Origin: Callorhinchus milii
Taxonomy: Eukaryota
Length of the DNA stretch: 64,000 nt
NCBI RefSeq assembly: GCF_018977255.1
Contig: NW_024704742.1
Coordinates: 100,814,001 to 100,878,000 of the forward strand
Direction: 5' to 3'
Below the pieces are notes generated by a model. That model did not search any database and was not told the DNA's origin. It saw nothing but the letters and a program-made list of their open reading frames with translations. A program made the position numbers and the translations under genes. The first letter of the stretch is position 1; each line of letters opens with the position of its first letter. Below are positions 52,136 through 64,000 of the stretch, piece after piece.

Positions 52136-54242
52136 AAGAGCTGGCACAGACTCGATGGGCCGAATGGCCTCTTTTTGTGCTGTACGATTCTATGATTCTA
52201 TGATTCTATCGGAAACAGTCGCTTGATGAGCCATAATGGCCTTTTTCATTCCACATGTGCATAGATTTTTTTACTTTCTTTTTCAGTACAACATGCATAA
52301 AATTGTATTAAGTTTATTGAAAGAAAACAAATCAGCGGCCATGAGCTCAAGATTACACAAAGGAAGTTGAAGAGTGTAGATTTAATGACTTTACGTAGAG
52401 AGCGATGAGTATGTAGAATGAACTATCCAGGGAGGCATTAAGGACTGATTTTGTTAGTAAATTCAAGAGGGAATTGGATAATGATTCCACAAAGAAATTT
52501 ATTGAAGGATATGGGAAATATAATGTATGATTTTTTATTTTTACTTTATGTCTAGCCAGATGGACGACAATGTTCTTTTCCGGTCCTGCACATTCCTGTA
52601 TAAACATTAATTACATTTGTTACAAAAATAAAGTAATTTAAAGGCAGTTTTTCTGGAGGTTTTTCAATTCCATGGTTTCCAAACTAGTTAAGGACTTGTG
52701 AATTGTCCGCAGGATCTGTATTTTTTCTGTGTGCTGCTCAACATAATCATAAATCAATTGTTTCCTGTTACTCTTCAAATTCCAAATGATAATTTGGTGA
52801 AGCAGGGTTGGCAAATGGTTCTCTGGATAAATGTTGAATTCTGTCAGAAGTTGAATTCTTTGGCAATGGAAAGAGGTAAAGCTCTTGAGGGGATCAAGCT
52901 GGACTGAAGAGAACTGACTGCAGGAATAAGTACTTTTCCTGCTTTATAACCAAAAGTAGTATAAAACTGACTTTATGTTTCCAGAGGATAGGGGCAGAAT
53001 GGTTGAAAGCCCATCTGCCAGTGATTGAGCTGATAAGATGGGGAACATGAACCTGGCCCATGTTTCCTGAGTTAAGGGAGCAGCTGAGTCAATACAACGC
53101 AATTTACATTTCTATAGCACCTTTCGTATTGGGAGGACATCTCCAAATGTTTGACACTGTTGGTTGGGCATCCAAGCTGGGAGTGGGAGCCGAGGGGCTG
53201 ACGAGGGGGCAAAGAGGTAGGTTTTGAGACAGGACATAAGGGGGGGTTTAAAGATGTCATGAAAGTAGAGTGGCACAAGGACGTAGAAGGATTTGAAGAT
53301 GAGAACGAGGATCTTGAATTTGATACAGGAAGGAGCCCATATTTGTGACCCCAGTTAAGAAATTCCAGAAATATGACCCCTTTATGTGTAGTATTTATGG
53401 GAGAGTTGAATGGTTTGCTCTTGTATAAAGAGCCAGGTGATTCAGAATATCTGTATCAGTGCTGCAGTAGCACACGCAAAAACCCAAATTCATGTGCGGA
53501 AGTCAAGGTTCTTCTTCGGAGAGACAAAGTTGCTATGGTTACATTCCTTTTTATGGTTATTATTATATTTCTGCCTTAAGACGGACTAGTTTATGATTGC
53601 AAAATGCATTACTCTTTCTATTTAGTTCTTTAATCGAAACTGCATTTTTCTAAACTTTATTTTCAGCTTCAGTAGACAATATTGTAATTCCTTGCCCATA
53701 TTCATCTCAGTGCCCAGCCATAAACAGTCAGTAGCAAGCTATGCTCTGTCTTAACATTTATAGCTTGGCTCTGTCATAGGAAAAGCAGCGAGCACAGGAA
53801 CTAAAGAGCAGTGAACCAAGTCTAAACTGATTGGAGTAGGCCATTCAGATGTGCAAGAAATCTTCACTGAGTTGTGATTAATTTTTGCAATTTCTCTTAG
53901 AGTTAGTTCAAATTTAATTAAACTGCGCAATGTAAAGTGCAATTCTATTTAAGCCCCTATACAAGTCTGGCACTCAGGCTGCAGATTTAAATATTTTTAT
54001 ACTGCTATCAATTACAGTTTTGTGCAGCTTATCATTCTAATTCTACTCCAGGCACAGCAGTGCGTGCTCACAGGATTTAAGATTGCTAATAACAGTGCTG
54101 TTGGTGCTCGCTCTTTTCTTATTAATCTGATTATAAATGAGAAGCAATGGAAATTACAGCCACTCTCATTTCCCATCTTTTAAAATGACTAAATTTTATG
54201 CAAATAATGAGATCTATACGTATAGATTGGTAAGCATGTATA

Positions 54243-54264
54243 CGTGTGTGTGTGTGTGTGTGTG
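54243..54264 (+). repeat. (GT)n microsatellite
   Basis: Run of GT dinucleotides. Confidence 0.85.
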
Positions 54265-54552
54265 CATATATGAGGGTACAGATGTGTATGATTGTGTCCA
54301 TGTATGCATGCGTTAGTGTGTACTGTGGATATAAATAGAGTTGTTACGTTTGACTCTGCATCACCTGTAGGGAAAGTTATTGATGACCGGCATTAATGTG
54401 TATATTTGTTCATGTGATGGCTTATATGTGGCTTCTGACCAACAAGACAGGGTAGAAAGTAAAACAATGGGAAGTACAGATGATAGAATGTAAATGGAAG
54501 ACAAGCGAAGACAGGAGAAAGGCTCACAGAGTTGAGACACTGAGGAAGAGTG

Positions 54553-54966
54553 TGTCAGCCTTGTGATAGCATTCTCACATCTGAGTCAGAAGTTCGTGGG
54601 TTAATGCCTCACATCAGGACTTTGACCACACATACTCAAGGCTGACACTCCAATGGTGTGCTGGGGGTGTAAAAACAAGGTCCCATCTTTCTTTTCAGGC
54701 ACATATTAAAGTTCTAATGGTACTGTTAGAGAAAAGCTAGTTTCTCCTGGAGTCCTTGCTGATAACCCCCCAAATAAAATTGATCATTCACTTCATGGCT
54801 TTTTGTGGGATGTTGCTGTAGATAAGTTGGTTGCTGCATATATCTACACATACACACAATCACTGCGCTTCACAGTAAAATTCCTGGGAAGTGACTTAGG
54901 ATGTCTTGTTGACGTGATTTGAGATGTCTCAAAGACCCTATATCAAATGCAAGGTTTACTATTATT
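54553..54966 (+). mobile_element. Old full-length DeuSINE
   Basis: TAGCATTCTCACATCTGAGTCAGAAG head, GGCTGACACTCCAATG, GGAGTCCTTGCTG, TGTGGGATGTTGCTGT and tail CTATATCAAATGCAAGG. Confidence 0.72.
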
Positions 54967-55734
54967 AGAAGAAATAAATTAGAATAAGAGGTAGCTCAAT
55001 GAATTTGGATTCAACACACTGCAACCACAGAAATTCGGATGCTGGATATGCAGAATAAGAGAAACAAGAGACAAACATTCAGGATGCAATGCTGATAGCA
55101 ATAAACAAAGCAAGAGAAAAACAAAGATAGTGACAAAGAGAGAGTTGTACGTTTAGGTGAGAGAAGACTATCTATTGAATAATAGACCTTTAAATTTCAC
55201 CTGTCAAAGTATGCAAGAGAAGCAATAATTTAGCATCCCAAATAAGGGAGAGGTGTTCAGGGGAAATCGGATTACGAGTGAAATCTGCAAATGGAATAGG
55301 AGATACGTTGTTTGTTGGATGTGAGTAAAATACAAAGGAGCTGTGTCTTCAAAAGTTGAAGACTTCCATTAACTGGTCAAAGTCCAGAGAGAATATTAAG
55401 GTTTCTGTATAAGGAATGAAGTTTGTACATTCTACAATCTGCAGAAAATTGATCAATATAAAGTAGAATGTCCAGTAAAAAGAGTACCTGGATGATGAAT
55501 AAAGGTTTGTTGACTGACAGAAGAAATAGAATAAGAGTTAGAACATAGTTTAAGGATATCCTTGAAATGATTGATAATGTCAGAGGATTTATCATCAATT
55601 ACAGCACATTAGAAAGATTTGACAGGAAACAGGATAGTTATAAACATAACTTTGTAGAAAGACCTCACAATGGTAACTTGTTTACAGGTGCACTGTGCCA
55701 GATCCTGTCAATGGGTTTGGAAATATAAAAGTCA

Positions 55735-56150
55735 GCAACAACATATTGTGTTTATATGGTACCCTTTCACTTAGGATAACATCTGGAGACCTTTACAGAG
55801 GCAGGATTGGATGTCGAGTAAAAAAGAGGAGTGAGGAGGGAGTTTGTTTGCCATAGTTACTGTCAAAGAGGTAGGTTTTATGGTAGGACTTGGGTGCAGT
55901 TTGGCGTGGGTGAGGATGTTGGCAATGGAGTTTTGGATTAACTGGAGCTTATTAGTGGTGGAGCTAAGGAGACCAGGTGGAGTGTTTTTCAAAAGTCCAG
56001 GCAGGTGGTAATAAAGATGTGAATAAGGGTTTCAGTAGCATTTGTGGAAAGGTAGGGATGGACTTGGATAATGTGGTGACGTCTAGGTCAAAGGGCTGAA
56101 TGTGAAGGACAAAGGAGAACTGAAGATTGACCCGGACCCTAAGGTTATGC
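55735..56150 (-). mobile_element. Old L2 fragment
   Basis: KLQLIQNSIANILTH on the minus strand; L2-type tail near 55740-55800. Confidence 0.7.
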
Positions 56151-58249
56151 CCTGGTGAGTTTGAGAGAGCGGCCATTGAAGTTGAGGAGATCAGAGAGGA
56201 AATGACGAGAGGTTGACGGGAGCTTGGCCTGCCTCCCACCAATGATAAAAGCATATGAAAACTATTGCTTGTAACATGTTGAGACTGTCCCTGTATATTA
56301 GTTGCAGTAGACTGATGGAGTTAAGTGGTGACATGAAATCCTTAAACTTCATGCTTTAAGCCTCATCATGCAAAACTCAAAAGGAAAAGAAGGCTGTAGC
56401 TTTCATGTTTGAGAGCTATTGTTTGACTGCAGCATGCTGTTCCTTGAATTGTCATGGTGTATCAAAACACTTGTGAACCACAAACTCAAGTAAATAATCA
56501 TAAGAATCGGATGTCCCGAAGCATTTTAATTACCATTGTTTATTCCTTACAGCAGTATTTGTACTTTTAGCATAATTAATAAATCTGAATTTATCACATT
56601 GAATTAAACTGAGTGATGACTAACACACTAATTAAACCAATTATTTGGAGTAAGAACCTAGCCAAACTAAGTCAAACTGACATTTTTGCATTTCCTCTGT
56701 GCTGTAAGGCACATTCGAAATAGAGTTTTATAACTTCTATTGTCTATGTATATGTCTAGCTAAATATGAACCTGTTTTTACTTATCCAACTAGAGAATCA
56801 TTGTTATTCACTGAGCAAATAAAGAAAACCTTTATCATCTGAAAACAATTCTTGAATTTCTAAACTGTTCACGATGCAATTATAATATTGAAATGAGTGA
56901 AATTTACATCAACTAATTTAATACTGTCACAAATGTGTGTGTGGGTGTGAGGTGCGTACATGTGTGTGTTTGTGTGTGTGTGGTGGGGGCGGTGCTTCCT
57001 GGCTTAAAGAGATTAATAAGAAGTCGCGCTCTACTGCTGATCTGTCTGCAATTGTGTGATCTTCAGAGAAATTGGAATGCAGTCAACAGAACTGTGTAAA
57101 AACAGTTTCCAATTTAGGTACTAATTTAATTGAATTTTCAAAAATCCAACATGATCCTAACTTTTAAGATAATGACTTTGAGGTGAAAAAAATTAGTTAA
57201 TTTTTGTTCTATTAAACTTATTTTCCAAAGAAACGTTCACTGTAAGGCTCTGACTTAAAACAATGGAAATGTTTAAACTATATTGTTAATGATTGTATAT
57301 TAACTAAAGCATACAACAAATTGTGCCCCCCATTTATTCTGTACATAGCAGGTGAGAAATTTCAGACCTCAGAAATCTTGGGAGTGTATCTCATAGATAA
57401 ACAAGCAAACACAAGGCCTTTGTAAAGTTTTTTTGCATCAGCCATCAAGTTGCTGATCCACATATTCTCTGTACACAAAGTGGAAACTTTGATGTTGCCC
57501 TTGATCACATCAAAGTCTGGTCTTAATATATAGATGGCTATATATAAACTCTGGAACTCTCAGCCTCAATTACTCTGCCTTGCCACCTTGAAGTCCATCT
57601 TCGGATCGCATCTGAAGTCCTTCCTCTTTGACTATCCCTGCGGCCACCTCCCTTCTCTCTAGCTTGGAATTAAATTGCACAAGTATTGTGCTCTGAGATG
57701 CTACCCACGTAAAGGGCGCTATAATGAATAGCAGCAAGTTTGTAAACTGAGTATAACAGCTATTGAGGATTAATTTAAACTTAAGAATCTTGTTCGCCAA
57801 ACAACTTTCACTTTACACTAAATATTGTGCAGCCCTTTGGGACATCCTCCTCATGTGAAATTGCTACATGAAACGCAACGATTATTTATGATACTGGTGA
57901 ATTTTGCTGAGGTAAATTTGTGTTGTGTCTTAAATTAGGGATGCTTTTGAAAGATCTTTTGAATTGTAATGCAATAATGTAACAAATAGAATTAATATAC
58001 GAATTCTGGTATGCATGTATACATTCAGAAATGTTTGAAATAAATTGTTGTATGTTGTTCCATGTTATTGTTTTCACCCTTATTGCAAAAATAGCTGCAT
58101 AGTTTAATATGTTATTTTTCATGTTAAGAAAGGTAAATGAAGTTGCTGATAATGTACCAGGAAAATAGCAAAAGGTCAAGATCTCTGTATGAAATCCAGG
58201 TCTTGTGAGTTATCCTGACCTGTATAAATAAAGGGGGAATCGATGGATG

Positions 58250-58637
58250 TGTGGAGTCCTGTAGCTCAGTGGTTAGAGCGCTTGCCTCGCAAACGAGAGG
58301 ACCTGGGTTCGATTCCCGGGCAGGGCGAAATGTTGAGCAAGATTCTTTACTCCAGACGCCTCTGTTTACCTATTTAGCAGTAAATAGGAATCAGGTTGTT
58401 AATTGATTGGCAGATAGCTTATCCAGGGGTAATAATCCCATCAAAAAAAAATTGGTGACTCAGTCTATGACTGTTTGTGGGACACTACTGTGCGCAATTG
58501 GCTACCACATTTTGAACACAAAATATACAGTCAATTCACAGTATTTTCTGTGAAGCACTTTGAGACTTCTCAAAGACATGATAGGACACTATACCAAATG
58601 AAAGGATTATTATTATTATATTATTATTATTATTATT
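58250..58637 (+). mobile_element. Full-length long-variant tRNA(Ala)-like SINE
   Basis: TGTGGAGTCCTGTAGCTCAGTGGTTAGAGCG...GGTTCGATTCCC head, extra ~70-bp segment, body and (ATT)n. Confidence 0.94.
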
Positions 58638-58639
58638 GT

Positions 58640-58866
58640 TGTCTCTGAGTCAAAGATTGAGGGTTCTAGTACCATTTTGGACCTTTGAATTGAAATAATC
58701 TTGGCTGACACTCCAATTCATTGGGTTTGTAATACATTCATTATGAGAGATGTCATCCTTTGAATGAAGCATTAAACTGAGGCCCTGTCTACCTGTTCAG
58801 ATGGACGTAAAAGATCCCATGATACTATAAAGATCCCATGACACAACTTGAATAGAGAAGGGAGTT
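58640..58866 (+). mobile_element. Old DeuSINE 5' and core part
   Basis: TCTCTGAGTCA...GGCTGACACTCCAA...TTAAACTGAGGCCCTGTCTACCTGTTCAGATGGACGTAAAAGATCCCATG, with a short internal duplication. Confidence 0.78.
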
Positions 58867-59083
58867 GCAGAGGAGTGGAACGCTCTGTCCTAGAAAGCTG
58901 ATAATGCAGATTCAATATGAATGTTTAAAAGAAAGATTATGCAGCAGACAAATTAAGGTATATGGTGAAAGGGCAGAGCATTAAAATTAAAAGATCTGCC
59001 AAGTTCTAGTAAATTAGTGGAACTGGTAAATCAGATGAGCTGAAAGGCCTCCTCCTTCTTTCCTATATTCCTATGTTTCTATG
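58867..59083 (+). mobile_element. CR1 3'-end fragment
   Basis: TGGAACGCTCTG (WNAL)...GATGAGCTGAAAGGCCTCCT...TTCCTATGTTTCTATG tail. Confidence 0.7.
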
Positions 59084-60112
59084 GGGTTCTCTAGAAGGGA
59101 TGGATTTTGTATCTTGAAATAATTTATCTGGCATCCCAGTTCCTTTAACAGTGATGATTTCCACCTCAAATATTTTCAGTGAAACTGGGAATGTTATTTA
59201 AGCCCAACATTTGTTTTCCTGTCATCTAAATGTTCAGGCCAACTGAAGAATTAAGAATTTGGACACCAGAAACTGTTACTAATTTGTGCTGTTTTATTAG
59301 ACCAAATTCTGTATTCTCAAATATACCTTGGACACATAGCTGAGCACTTAACATAGAGAATTTGCTGGAAGTGAACAATTTCTATGCTATGAATATTCAT
59401 GACTGAAGTGCAATCTTGCTATTTTCTCATTAATCTATGATTCATGGATAATGTGTGAAATTAATTTGCCTGGGGATGGTGCCAAACGAGAATGAAATTG
59501 AATGAAATGTTGTGAAGCAAAAAAATCATTTTTGGAAGACAGACATGCTATGATAAGTATCGTATCAAAATTATCTGTGACATTCTATGTTTGTCAACAT
59601 AATTTCACTGTGTAAATAAAGTGTGTTGGACCTTATCAGGTTTGTAGACTTCAGATTCTGTTAAAAAAATCAAAGTCAGTCTCTTTTTTTCTATAATTAA
59701 TCAGTAAAAATCTCACTGGGGACGCATAGTGAGTTTATTTGATGAACCTCAAGTTATCATCCTTCAGGGGTGAAGAACAAAGATAAGAACAAGGCTGTGG
59801 TAAGTAGATTTTCCTTAACTGAAAAAGCACTGGTGGAGCTTGCTTGTGGAATATGGATAATGCAGTTAAGAGGAATATCCAGATCAAATAATTGAAACAG
59901 ACAAGTATCAGATCAGATCAGAATCATTTGCTGCATGGGAGAGCCAAAGTGTATCGCTGAATTAACATCAAAGAGTTATAAAAAGTTCATGGCACTGACA
60001 GATTGAACATAGTTTTACTTTCCACGTTATTGCAATATGTCATGGTCAGCACAATGGCATCCTATTTCCTTTAGATGTTTGTCCACATCTCACAGAAAAG
60101 TAGATATAGTGA

Positions 60113-60989
60113 GAGTGACAACTGCCTGTCGGACATCAAGTACTGGATGAAGGCAAATTTCCTACAGTTGAATGTGAACAAGACTGAGGCCCTCCTGATT
60201 GGCTCACGCCAGCGCCTCAGCACCTCAGGCTCTGGCAACATCAACCTCCATGGTTGCACACTGCAACTCACCAGCCAGTCAGGAACCTCGGTGTCTTGTT
60301 CGATCCTCAACTGTCTTTTCGACCCCACATTCAAGCCATGACCCGCTCTGCTTTCCCTCACCTCCGTAACATCGCCCGACTCCGCCACTACCTCACCCCT
60401 CAGGCCGCTGAAACTCTTGTTCATGCCTTCATCACCTCCAGGCTCGACTATGCAAAAGCCCTGCTTGTTGGCCTTCCCAACTCCTCCCTCCACAGGCTGC
60501 AGATAATCCAAACTCCGTGACTCCATCTGCCCCACTCTCGCCCGACTCCATTGGCTCCCTATCCTTCAGAGGATCCAGTTCAAGATCCTGGTCCTCACAT
60601 ACAAAGCCCTCCAGGGCCTCGCCCCACCCTACCTCTGTGACCTCCTAACCCGCTATCAACCCACCCGTTCCCTCCGTTCAGCCAGCTCTGGCCTGCTCCG
60701 CGTTCCCCGACCCACCTGCCCCACCATTGGAGGGAGAGCCTTCAGCTACTCTGCCCCCTACCTCTGAAATTCCATCCCCAGTCACTCTGCCTCGCTCCCT
60801 CCTTAGCCTCCTTCAAGTCCCGCCTCAAGACCCTCCTCTTCGACCATGCCATCGGCCACCCCCTTTCCCGTCCCCACCCTTCTTTCCCTCTGACCCCAGC
60901 TCGGGTCTGAAATGCTGTACTCTGTCCAGCGCCTTGGGATGTCCTCCCGACATGAAAGGCGCTATACAAATGTAATCTTGTTGTTGTTG
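60113..60989 (+). mobile_element. 5'-truncated L2 LINE
   Basis: CLSDIKYWMKANFLQLNVNKTEALL, VRNLGVLFDPQLSF, LVHAFITSRLDY, LHWLP; tail GCGCCTTGGGATGTCCTCCCGACATGAAAGGCGCTATACAAATG(TTG)n. Confidence 0.95.
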
Positions 60990-61140
60990 TGTATCTCTCT
61001 CTCTGGGTCTGTGTGTGTATGTGTCTCTCTGGTCTCTGAGTGTATGTGTGTCTCTCTCTGGGTCTGTGTGTGTATCTGTGTGTCTCTCTCTCTGGGTCTC
61101 TGAGTGTATGTGTGTGTCTCTCTCTGGGTCTGTGTCTGTG
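60990..61140 (+). repeat. Compound (CT)n/(GT)n minisatellite
   Basis: Recurring CTCTCTCTGGGTCT(GT)n and GGTCTCTGAGTGTATGTGTG units. Confidence 0.85.
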
Positions 61141-61719
61141 TACAGTGCTGATCCTGAGAGGCAGTGGGTGGTGAGCTCTTGTAGCCTTGCTGGTGTGTCG
61201 TCGATGTCATCCCCCCATACCCACTCCCCCACCCTGCAATTGCCCCCGCAATTTCCCTGCAAAATTTAGCAAAGCCCTCTGCAATTTCCCGCAAGATCTG
61301 TAAAGCGCTCCGCAATTTTTTGCAAACATGTCGGCACTTTTCTATTGAACCAGGTCACAGCTAATCACAGCCTAGAATATCAGGGGCCTCACACCGGGTA
61401 GTTAAGGAGTAGAACAAAGCAGCCCCACATAGGAACCATGCAAGAGGAGGGGGATTGCAAAACTTCAAAAAGGATTTATTGCTGAAACCTGGCTTTTTAT
61501 TAGAGAATGGACATGCAGCTCACACTCTCAGGCCATATCCTCATAGGCTACATTCTGCATTCCCAAACTCCTCTGACCCACGTCATTCACTATACAAAAA
61601 GAACAGTTTTAAAAAATTACAGACAGATGTGAAAATGACAAGCTTTATTCCAGATAGGTACACGACCAATGCTCCCCACCAGACTGTATACAATAAAAAT
61701 AGTTATTCACTTCAGGGCT

Positions 61720-61870
61720 ATTTGTAGAACATTGCAGTGGGCAAATTGGCTGCCACATTTGCCTACAAAATGTACAGTCACTACACTTCACTGTAAATCC
61801 GTGATGTGCTGTGAGACATTCCCCCTGACATCAAAGGATTTTATTTGCATTAAATACAAAGATTATTATA
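61720..61870 (+). mobile_element. Old SINE 3' fragment
   Basis: ACATTGCAGTGGGCAAATTGGCTGCCACATTT...ACAGTCACTACACTTC...AAAG(ATT)n. Confidence 0.72.
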
Positions 61871-63136
61871 AGAAGCCACATCTCCTGTCCCATACTGCTC
61901 CGCTGCCACTTGGTGCCTGTTTTGACTGGCCCGTCTTCAAGGAGGCCACCTGTTTCTTCTCATACAGAAATGTTGAGATGCTTAATGAGGTAGGTGAGGG
62001 CCGAGGGCTGTTCCTACCACATCTGTCTCCCGAGGGTTGCCACGCTTGCAGCATTGGCCAAAATAAAGTGGCTTCCTGGGGGATTGGCGCCCTTTCTAGC
62101 AACAGTATGTTAATCAGTCAGCAGATGGTAGGATTTATTAAAGCTTGCTCCATAGATCCAACACATCACATGGTATGGAGTCAGTGCAGAAATAGTGATA
62201 TATCTATTTGCAGCCAAGTTAATCCAAACGTATTGAAGGAAAATCTGAAGTGGCTCTTTACATCGAGGATTTGGTTTTAAGCATCCAGGACCATTGCAGT
62301 GTCAGGCTAGAAATTGAGATCAAGGTCCTTACATGGGACTATCAATTATCTACCTTCCTCTTTTATCCGATTATTGCACAGTTTCCAATTTGAGCATCCA
62401 ATTGAATTTGAAGTAATGTCAATGAAAATTCATATCTCTGCATTGTCTCTTTTGCATCATTGCGACTTTCTGAAGACAAACTGAAGACACTCATGGACAT
62501 CTCTGCAGAGGCCATTTTGGTTCTATAAACTTTCTAAGGACATGTTACCTGTTGGAGCAGAAAAAAATGGAACATTATCATTGTCACATGCCTAAACACC
62601 TGCCAATCTAATCTTGTGGCAGTGTAAGAATGCTCACGCCGCAATCCAGAGGTGACAGATTGGTGTTCCAAGCTTGTTGCATGAATTGGTTCAGATTATG
62701 AGTTCAATCAGAATGGGGTCTAGACAGTCAACCACTAGACAAAGCATGCCATGAACTGTAGCAACACCATATTGAACTCAATTACGAACTGACATTCCCA
62801 ATCCCATAGGCAAAACCCAGGGCTGAGTATAGTGGTATGTCTACAGCTAAGCTGTATCACCATGAAAGATGTTATGGAGACGAAGGGACCTGACATCTTT
62901 TCCCCCGTACTTGAGAAAGTTCATTCCAGGTTTATAAATCGGAATTGTATTTTTGGGTGGCACTATGCTGGAAACAAAAATGTGTCCAATTGGAGGTGGA
63001 CTAATGTAAAGTTAAGAAACATAAAATATTTTAAATCTACAAAAAGACTTCATGGAGATGTTAGCACTCAATTTTTTTTCTGAAAGCTGTCTATATTAAT
63101 TTCACATCTTCTCATTCCACAGACATTTTTGAGATG

Positions 63137-63517
63137 ATTAGAGCACTCGCCAATCAGTGATTAGAACACTCGCCTCGCAAGCGAGAGACCTGGGTTTGAT
63201 TCCCGGCAGTGTGAAATGTTGGGAAGTTTCTTTACTCCACAAGTCTCTGTTTACCTAACAGTAAGTAGGAACACTGGTTGTTAGTCAATTGGTGGATCGT
63301 TTTTCTGGGGATAATATTTCCTTCAAATAAAATAATAATGAATTGGTCACTCAATCCATGGCTGTATGTGGGACACTGCTGTGCGCAATTGGCTGCTGCG
63401 ATTTGCCCACAAAATATACAAACAATTCACTTTAGAGTATATTCTTCGAAGCACTTTGAGACATCTCGAATAAGTGAGACAGTGCTATATCAAATGTAAG
63501 GATTATTATTATTATTT
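63137..63517 (+). mobile_element. Long-variant tRNA(Ala)-like SINE with partial head duplication
   Basis: TTAGAGCACTCGCC repeated as TTAGAACACTCGCC, B box GGTTTGATTCCC, extra segment, body and (ATT)n. Confidence 0.92.
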
Positions 63518-63539
63518 TTATTACCTTGCCCCCTTTCTA

Positions 63540-63830
63540 CCAGTCTAAAACTTTGACATCTTGTTTGACCTTCAACTATCATTTCTACCCCACATCTGTA
63601 CCATGACCCACTCTGCCTTCCCCCACCTCCGCAACATCGCCCATCTCCACCACTGTCTCACACCCCAGGCCGCCGAAACCCTCATACACGCTTTCATTAC
63701 ATCGAGGCTTGACTATGCAACTCCTCCCTCTATAGGCTGCAGATCATCCAGAGCTCTGCAGCCCGTGCCCTCTCCCGCACCAGGCTCATGACCCTATCAT
63801 CCCCAGCCTCGCCTGACTCCACTGGCTACA
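63540..63830 (+). mobile_element. L2 internal fragment
   Basis: FDLQLSFLPHI...HLRNIAHL...AAETLIHAFITSRLDY. Confidence 0.88.
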
Positions 63831-64000
63831 AGGTGTTGCTTTGGGATGAGTTCCAATTACTAATTACACCAACGGAATCTTACTCAAATTGTTATGATTT
63901 GGAGAAAGCTCAGTTAATGCGAATGAATGAACCAGGGTGATCGAAAGCACGGTCAAATAGGAGGGTCTGAGATGGGACATGAAGGTGGCAAGGGAGGGGA

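Larger units (their letters stand above)
47500..52209 (+). mobile_element. Nearly full-length CR1 LINE, inactivated, carrying two SINE insertions
   Basis: ORF1 remnant, APE endonuclease, RT, 3'UTR GATGGGCCGAATGGCCT and (ATTCTATG)n tail in correct order; 5'UTR boundary uncertain. Confidence 0.96.

Noticed and set aside
58253..58328. tRNA-Ala-like cloverleaf with A and B boxes (also at 23530, 27284, 46790, 47810, 50250, 63160)
   Set aside because: Each continues into a SINE body and (ATT)n tail, and the stems are imperfect; these are SINE heads, not tRNA genes
60825..61315. Overlapping ORFs rich in THT/RER/VCVS
   Set aside because: Translation of a CT/GT compound microsatellite and L2 3'UTR
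1..64000. CRISPR array, operon or other prokaryotic/viral system
   Set aside because: No regularly spaced direct repeats with unique spacers and no dense coding; the recurring sequences are dispersed vertebrate SINEs and LINEs

Overview
AT-rich vertebrate genomic DNA, most likely from a cartilaginous fish (inferred from the repeat families). It reads as intronic or intergenic: I found no host-gene exon, RNA gene or intact protein-coding gene that I can support. Retroposons dominate the window. There is one nearly full-length but inactivated CR1 LINE (~47.5-52.2 kb; ORF1 zinc finger/coiled coil/SGNH-esterase, ORF2 APE-RT) with two SINEs inserted in it, and one 5'-truncated CR1 (11.0-12.7 kb). 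There are also many older CR1 and L2 fragments and many tRNA-derived SINEs of the DeuSINE type. The SINEs fall into at least three structural generations, and the youngest shares a 3' stem-loop with the local L2 LINE, including one compensatory base pair. Weaker signals are a PIF/Harbinger transposase-like fossil (~19.2 kb), a Myb/SANT-like open frame (~62 kb), a helically phased GCAA array (~61.3 kb), a ~55-nt hairpin (~32.45 kb) and several motif-dense unique segments that could be enhancers. Family names come from recalled motifs, not database searches, and boundaries of old repeats are approximate. No new biological system is demonstrated by the sequence alone.
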